A stretch of 40,522 bases of DNA from contig LVLI01000074.1 of the NCBI GenBank assembly GCA_001687465.1, positions 1 through 40,522 of the forward strand, written 5' to 3'. Of the stretch, positions 35,201-40,522 are shown one piece after another. Source of the DNA: Halocafeteria seosinensis. Lineage: Eukaryota. The translations under genes were made by a program, and so were the position numbers. Under the pieces are notes generated by a model. It was not told where the DNA came from and made no database searches. It saw only the letters and a program-made list of their open reading frames with translations. Numbering within the stretch: the first letter of the stretch is position 1; each line of letters starts with the position of its first letter.

Positions 35201-36568
35201 ATGAAGGGATCCCTCGGTCTACAGGAGACGCAGGGATCGGATACCAACCGGTTGTACCATAGCCATAGCCTCTTACACGGCGTAGGACAGGTTTTCAGAG
35301 CCATACACACATTATTGGAACTCACTGAGTATGGCACGGAGTGGGAGCTTGAAGTGATCCCGGAAAATAACCTTACACGATGGAAGAAAGCGCTGAATGA
35401 GGTTCTCCCTGAGGGCATCGAACCACATCTGTTGCATGTTCGTCTTCGTTCCACCACAAATACCGTCCATAAGGTGCTCCCTGAGCATATGAAGGAAGCT
35501 TGGAACAAGTACGAGGATGCCCTATGCCAGTTGTATCGAGAAGCCCACAAGCTCTATGATCTGGAGGGTCGAATACGACGGCATTTGACCCATTTGAACG
35601 GCGCATCGACAACGACTCCAGCGAAGAGTCAAGCTGACCCCTCCCAAACAAGCCAGTACAGCGCAACCAGAGTTGATGGAGATATGTCTAGAGTGGACTT
35701 ATTCCGTCCGTGGTCCTCGCAAAGCCTCCAGAATTGTGCCGTGCCGCTAACACCGCCAGTCAGCAGCAGTGAAGGCAACAGGAACCATGAAGGGCGAAGA
35801 TTCTGCAGTCAGTGGAATTACCGATCATTCCCGACAGATAAATGTACCCAACAACGAATGATTATGCTCCCTGTAGGAGGCGAAAAGTTGAGCTACGAAA
35901 ACTCGGCTGCGCTGAGTGAGAAAGCGTTGCAACGGTCAAGTCAAGCATTACATTCCTCCCGTATAGAGTCCCTTCCAACCCCTGATGCGCTGGCACAGGC
36001 TAAAGCAACGACGTCGAAAAGAATAGGAGTCGGTTTTCATCCCAATCTCTCTTCCCGAACCCCTGAACAACTGCATTATGAGGGAAGCTTTGGCCGTGAA
36101 CAAACGAGCGCGCCTAGTCCTGTACACCAGGCTGTGTCCAAAATCTCTGATTCGGTATGGAGAGTTCACAGTACACATGATGCAAGTCACCAGTTCCCTA
36201 AAGAAACGTCTGAGCATTCTCGTGAAGTACCATTCAGTGTGTATCGCTCTTCAGCCTCTCTTCCAGGTAGTATGGATAGTAATGTCGTCTCGAAGCAAGT
36301 TCGTTTAAGCGGTGACAAACATAGCAATGAGGGACATGGCAAGTCACCGAAGAAGCAAAAGAGACGTCGCCTTCGTGAGCGGGACCATACCCATATATGG
36401 GGTATACAAATCGATAGGGGAATAGACAGGAGCCCTACTAAACAGATTAGCGGGTGGCATGATCCCATTCCTTTAATCAAGCAGACGGAGCGTTACTTCA
36501 TGTCATTACGAGCCAAAGACGCTGGTGAGATTGATCGGAGTGGTTGGGATACGCTTCGAGACGAGTAA
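35201..36568 (+). CDS. Hypothetical protein (main exon; probably continues through further exons to ~37253)
   Basis: Long open frame with a helical N-terminal part, Ser/Pro-rich linker and basic NLS-like PKKQKRRRLR. Candidate GT donors near the end. Start and 3' exons not resolved. Confidence 0.6.
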   Translation: MKGSLGLQETQGSDTNRLYHSHSLLHGVGQVFRAIHTLLELTEYGTEWELEVIPENNLTRWKKALNEVLPEGIEPHLLHVRLRSTTNTVHKVLPEHMKEAWNKYEDALCQLYREAHKLYDLEGRIRRHLTHLNGASTTTPAKSQADPSQTSQYSATRVDGDMSRVDLFRPWSSQSLQNCAVPLTPPVSSSEGNRNHEGRRFCSQWNYRSFPTDKCTQQRMIMLPVGGEKLSYENSAALSEKALQRSSQALHSSRIESLPTPDALAQAKATTSKRIGVGFHPNLSSRTPEQLHYEGSFGREQTSAPSPVHQAVSKISDSVWRVHSTHDASHQFPKETSEHSREVPFSVYRSSASLPGSMDSNVVSKQVRLSGDKHSNEGHGKSPKKQKRRRLRERDHTHIWGIQIDRGIDRSPTKQISGWHDPIPLIKQTERYFMSLRAKDAGEIDRSGWDTLRDE

Positions 36569-37690
36569 GAACACAGACAAGTATCCCTTTCTTGAGGGGA
36601 GCAGGCAAACAGGTTGTTACTGGAAGTCCGACGAAGAACGTGACTCCATTCTAGTTTCCCACCGTAAAGCGCGCTCGCAAAAAGAAGGGAAAAAAACTTT
36701 CCCTTGCCCTGCGACCAAAACTATTGCTGGCGTCAGAGTTGAACTGGGAACCGTTTAGTGAGGATATAATGAAATCCATAGGCAACATATCTACGGGAGA
36801 ATCCAACACTGTTTGCGTTCCTATTGACCCTCGCTGGGTTAACGGCAAGGGAGGTACTTTAAAGAGGAATTCACGCAGGTGGAAGGAAGATTCCACTGGG
36901 AGGTGACGCTATGTTCTATTCGGGAACCGACCTTGAACATCAAAGGCTTGAAGCTAGTTGTCGCGCTCTGTACTAGACTTCTTTTGTCTCCTGTGCGGGA
37001 GTAGCTTAACGTTGCGACCTGATCAAAATTAAACTTCCGTAGAGGAGCTTCAGTATCCAAATCAATTTTAAAAGGACAATTCCACTCAGATTGTCTGATG
37101 TATTTCGCAATAGATATCGTCAGTAATGCTTCATATTTGATTACAGATCACAGGAAGAGTTGCAATATTCTCAAAGCGAGGAATATGGAGGCTCACGCGT
37201 CATGGTTCACGATGGTTAATCTTCCTCCACCTTCCCAAGAGAACGAGCACTGAGGCAAACGGAGACATATTCATCTAATGAAACTAAACTTGCGATCACA
37301 ACCCAGAGAACCAGAACCACAATACAACTTGTTCCAACGGAAGGAATGGAGGCGATTCGGTGGTGTTCCACACCGACCATGTAGCCTATCTAGCTTACTT
37401 TTGGTAAGAGCACGATTTATGCACACATCTCATGTTTTTCTCCCTACCAACGTCCGTGTTCGGCGATGGTTGAAGTTTACCACACGAGTTTAGGTTATTC
37501 ATTTAGACTCGTAATATGAGTGTATTGCAAAAGTTTTGTCAGATGGAGTCGTTCTAGTCTTAACAAGAATGCGGCTCATTATGTCATGTCCGGTGAAGAG
37601 CCTGTAGAAGCCACCATCATGAGTGGGATTGAGCGTCCGTGAAGATACTTGAAGCTCATTTTTAGCTTCTTAGCTGGCTTACCATGGTGA

Positions 37691-38370
37691 ATGAGTCCAC
37701 AAGTAAGAAGCCACTCTTATTTGAACTATGGCTATCTGCCTCGGTGCTATCCGGTGCCTCTGGTTTTGTTTGCTTGCGGTTGCAGAAGGGAACAGGAATT
37801 AGAGATGCCAGACCACCAACATCTATGCACTTGCAAGCTGATATGCCATGTCGTATCGGCAATACTCGCTGGAATTGTCGTCTCCTTTGTCTTTTTCGCC
37901 CTCCCAGTGGCGAAGTTAACACTGTCTATTGCACACGATAACGACCTGAATGATCACTGTGATTCGCCCGTGTTTGTCAGCGTAGCACTCTTCATTCGGG
38001 GAATGCTAACCTTACTCACGGGAATCGCATTTACAGTCTTTGTGGGATGGAAAAGAGTTTCAGGGAATCAAGGCCGTATCTCTCGTTATGTGAGTTTCTT
38101 GGTTATTAAACGAATTGCTGTCGTCGTATTGAGCGTTGACTACCTGGAATCTTGTGTGGTGCTTCATTTCAGCTACCGCATTTAACCGCGATCACGGTGC
38201 TATTGGTACTGATTTTCATTTTGTTTTATCGAATCGTTTACGAGAATTGTGAAACGACGAATATGCCCTTAGATTTACACGCATTGATGACGTTGGCATC
38301 CTTCTCCCCTTTATTGGAATTCAGTATACTCTTAGCGGGATCATTCTACGCGTTTGCCAGTGCCTCTTAG
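37691..38370 (+). CDS. Small hypothetical 4-TM membrane protein
   Basis: ORFs 37691 and 38152 join through a phase-0 GT-AG intron at 38090-38172. Four hydrophobic segments with loop cysteines. Start uncertain. Confidence 0.7.
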
Positions 38371-39077
38371 AATATAGAGATGACCGATTCAACATGGGAA
38401 ACATCATTCATGTATACTGTATGCATATATGATGAGAATACGAACAGATTCCGGAAATCGTCTTCAACCGCCTAATTAAATATAACCATCTCCTCAGTTT
38501 CTTTTCGCCCTGCTGCTGGAAGACGTCAGCACCCGCCCCCTTGGCTCGTCTCGTCAATGCGCCGTAGCATCGAACAGTGTACACCAAAGATGCAATCTAG
38601 TCACAGCAGTGTTCCGAAAACTGAAACGTCGTATTTACGTTTCTCTCCTACCCAGCAATGTCCAGAGAATTGGACGGTCAAAGATCAAATCGAAGTTGAC
38701 GCGTCAGTGTCCAATTAAAATTAATGGATACTTTGACGACGAATGATTCTTCAATGCAAGTCTTTGCTACTATTGGAGCGATATTTCTGCCAAGTTCCGT
38801 TGTGTTATAGTGAAAGTGACTTGTTTTATGAACGCTATGGTCGCGTCTTCGAACTACAGCTTCTCTTAAGTCACAAGTCCGGGAGCCGGTCAGGCCATCA
38901 GGCAAGTTGCCTGTCAGTGGCGTACCATTTGTATTGTTGCGACGACCCACTGAGCTTCTGGGCCACCAAACATCAAATGCACCGAAAAAAAACATGCACC
39001 ATAAATGTACACGTAGCACATCTACAATTGTACCGTCAACATTGTCGCACCAGCGCTATCGACGTCGCCACCCCGAG

Positions 39078-40360
39078 TACACACACACAAATGTGACAGA
39101 TAGCCCACCAGCCGGGAAGTTGACCGCATCCTCTTAACGAGGAGCGGTATGCGCCCGTGTTAAGCAGCGACGGGCCCAATGTTCCTGCAGCCTTGCTGAC
39201 ATGCGCCGTGAGGGAACACAGCACTGGTTAAGCTCAGGAGGCATCGGGGGAGGAGCCATGCCTGCGCCCACAATGTCAGAGGTACCGACAAGGCTCAGTC
39301 TGGCAGGAAAAGACCCTGAGCCTGCCACAGCGGCGCCAACGCCAAGACCGGTTGCAGCAGCGCAGGCAGGATGAAGTGTTGTTCCCGACGCAACAGTTGT
39401 GACCAATGACAAGCCACCACCTGACGCGGGTGTGGCTCCCCAGAAATTCCGACCACCTCATTTTCGTCATCATAGCCCAGATTGAAGTACATCTCCTGCT
39501 CGAGATCGAAGAAGGTGCGGCTACCCAGGTCCTTCTGAAGCCACGAAGCCGGTTCCCACGTCCGTGCTGCCTCTGGGTAGCCCTTCCAGTGGACGAGGAT
39601 CCGCTTGTCATGGAGCCTGAAGTCGATAAACTTCTCGACATCGTCTACCGTGTGCGTAGCTCTAGGCGGCCAGTCTAAGCAAGAGGAACCATTACCCACT
39701 GGGTTGTTTGACGCGGTCTTAGCCAAGCGGTCGGCAGCCGCGTTTGAAGTACTAGAGCTTGCAGAAGTTCGGCATCCCCCTTGTGCCCCAGCGGGAGCCC
39801 GGTGCTTTCCTGACAATCATGTGGCAATTCTCGTGAGAAAGTGGGTTGAGTCTTCCCCGAAACCGCCCACCGCCGCCTCTATCGCGAACGGGATACAGTT
39901 TCCGCGTGGTATGTCCGTATTTTGTCCGCTGCAACTTCTGCGCTTCTGCCACGCCCGCTGTCCTGGCTAGTCTGTCTCCTGTGAGTGGGTTACTGGGCAC
40001 TGTCACATCGACAAAAGACTGTGCTCGTTGGGCCTTTTGCTACCGGTACGGTAGTACCAGGTCCATTGCTAGCCTTCGTTTCGCTCGCGGGTCTACGAGC
40101 ACCTCTCGCTCCACTGGCATTTGACTCGTGCGGATGTAGTTCCCCAGTTCCACTGCTGTCTACAGTGTCTTGTCATGACGGCGGATTCTTTGCGTGGTGC
40201 AGCAGCTCCCTTCACAGCATTGACCGGACGCCGGCGGACGGCCCCCATACACCGGTACAGGTTCTAGAGAGATTTGTTCTGGCGAGCCCTAGGGCCTGAG
40301 GGCCTAGGCACAGGTACAGTGCTACCATGTACTCGGCATCGGTTAGTGAAAATCCTTTTC
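39078..40360 (-). mobile_element. Decayed RLE-type non-LTR retrotransposon with an internal RNase H-tail/chromodomain segment
   Basis: LTDAEYMVAL, an RRHD region and VTVPSNPLTG are homologous to 7522-8312; 3' region matches 6862-7137. May extend to the right window edge. Confidence 0.78.
39520..39750 (-). other. Chromodomain preceded by an RNase H C-terminal-like motif
   Basis: NAAADRLAKTAS (NxxADxLAK), then DVEKFIDFR...ILVHWKGYPEAARTWEPASWL (chromo signature). Confidence 0.85.
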
Positions 40361-40522
40361 TTGCTTGGCGCTGCGTATAGCCATGTATTCGACTCTCAGA
40401 CTGAGGTTTGGTCGGAGTCCGACCGTCGGACCCGTGTATAATACCTGATGTACAGTACACTTCGTGACAGCCAACCCTTTTTTGTCCCTGTGTGGAGGGC
40501 ACCCGCGTTCCTCTCCTATTGA

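Noticed and set aside
39295..39816. Chromodomain ORF as a host HP1/Polycomb gene or an intact chromovirus
   Set aside because: It is embedded in retroelement debris with no convincing start, chromoshadow domain, integrase core or LTR in view.
1..40522. tRNA, rRNA, prokaryotic operon or defence-island signals, and the many short antisense ORFs
   Set aside because: No RNA gene was recognisable by eye. The DNA is spliced and eukaryotic, and the short ORFs overlap established exons or introns with no motifs of their own.

Overview
Compact, intron-rich eukaryotic nuclear DNA. The organism is a protist; the XPD and PRL1 sequences look stramenopile-like, but that call is low confidence. About 40 short introns (mostly 60-130 nt, GT-AG) were traced by hand, so the ORF track fragments most genes. 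1-8.6 kb: a ~5.07-kb tandem duplication of a Crinkler/RHS-type gene (presequence-like exon, variable helical header, P-loop NTPase, PD-(D/E)xK nuclease), each copy with RLE-type non-LTR retrotransposon remnants just upstream. 8.8-27.8 kb: a run of hydrolases (phospholipase B-like, GH65, S53 tripeptidyl peptidase, S12 beta-lactamase-like, a spliced homolog of the bacterial T6SS amidase Tae4 with Cys-to-Ser at the catalytic site, a C45 Ntn-hydrolase) plus a large DENN protein. 28-38.4 kb: XPD, a TMEM70-like gene, PLRG1/Prp46 and two hypothetical genes. 39-40.5 kb: another retroelement remnant carrying an RNase H C-terminus-like motif plus a chromodomain. Best leads: the domesticated Tae4 in a possible bacterium-digesting cluster, the possibly mitochondrion-targeted CR nuclease array, and a 294-bp insertion with a 9-bp flanking duplication inside a GH65 exon. 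All family calls come from recalled motifs; no database search was run.
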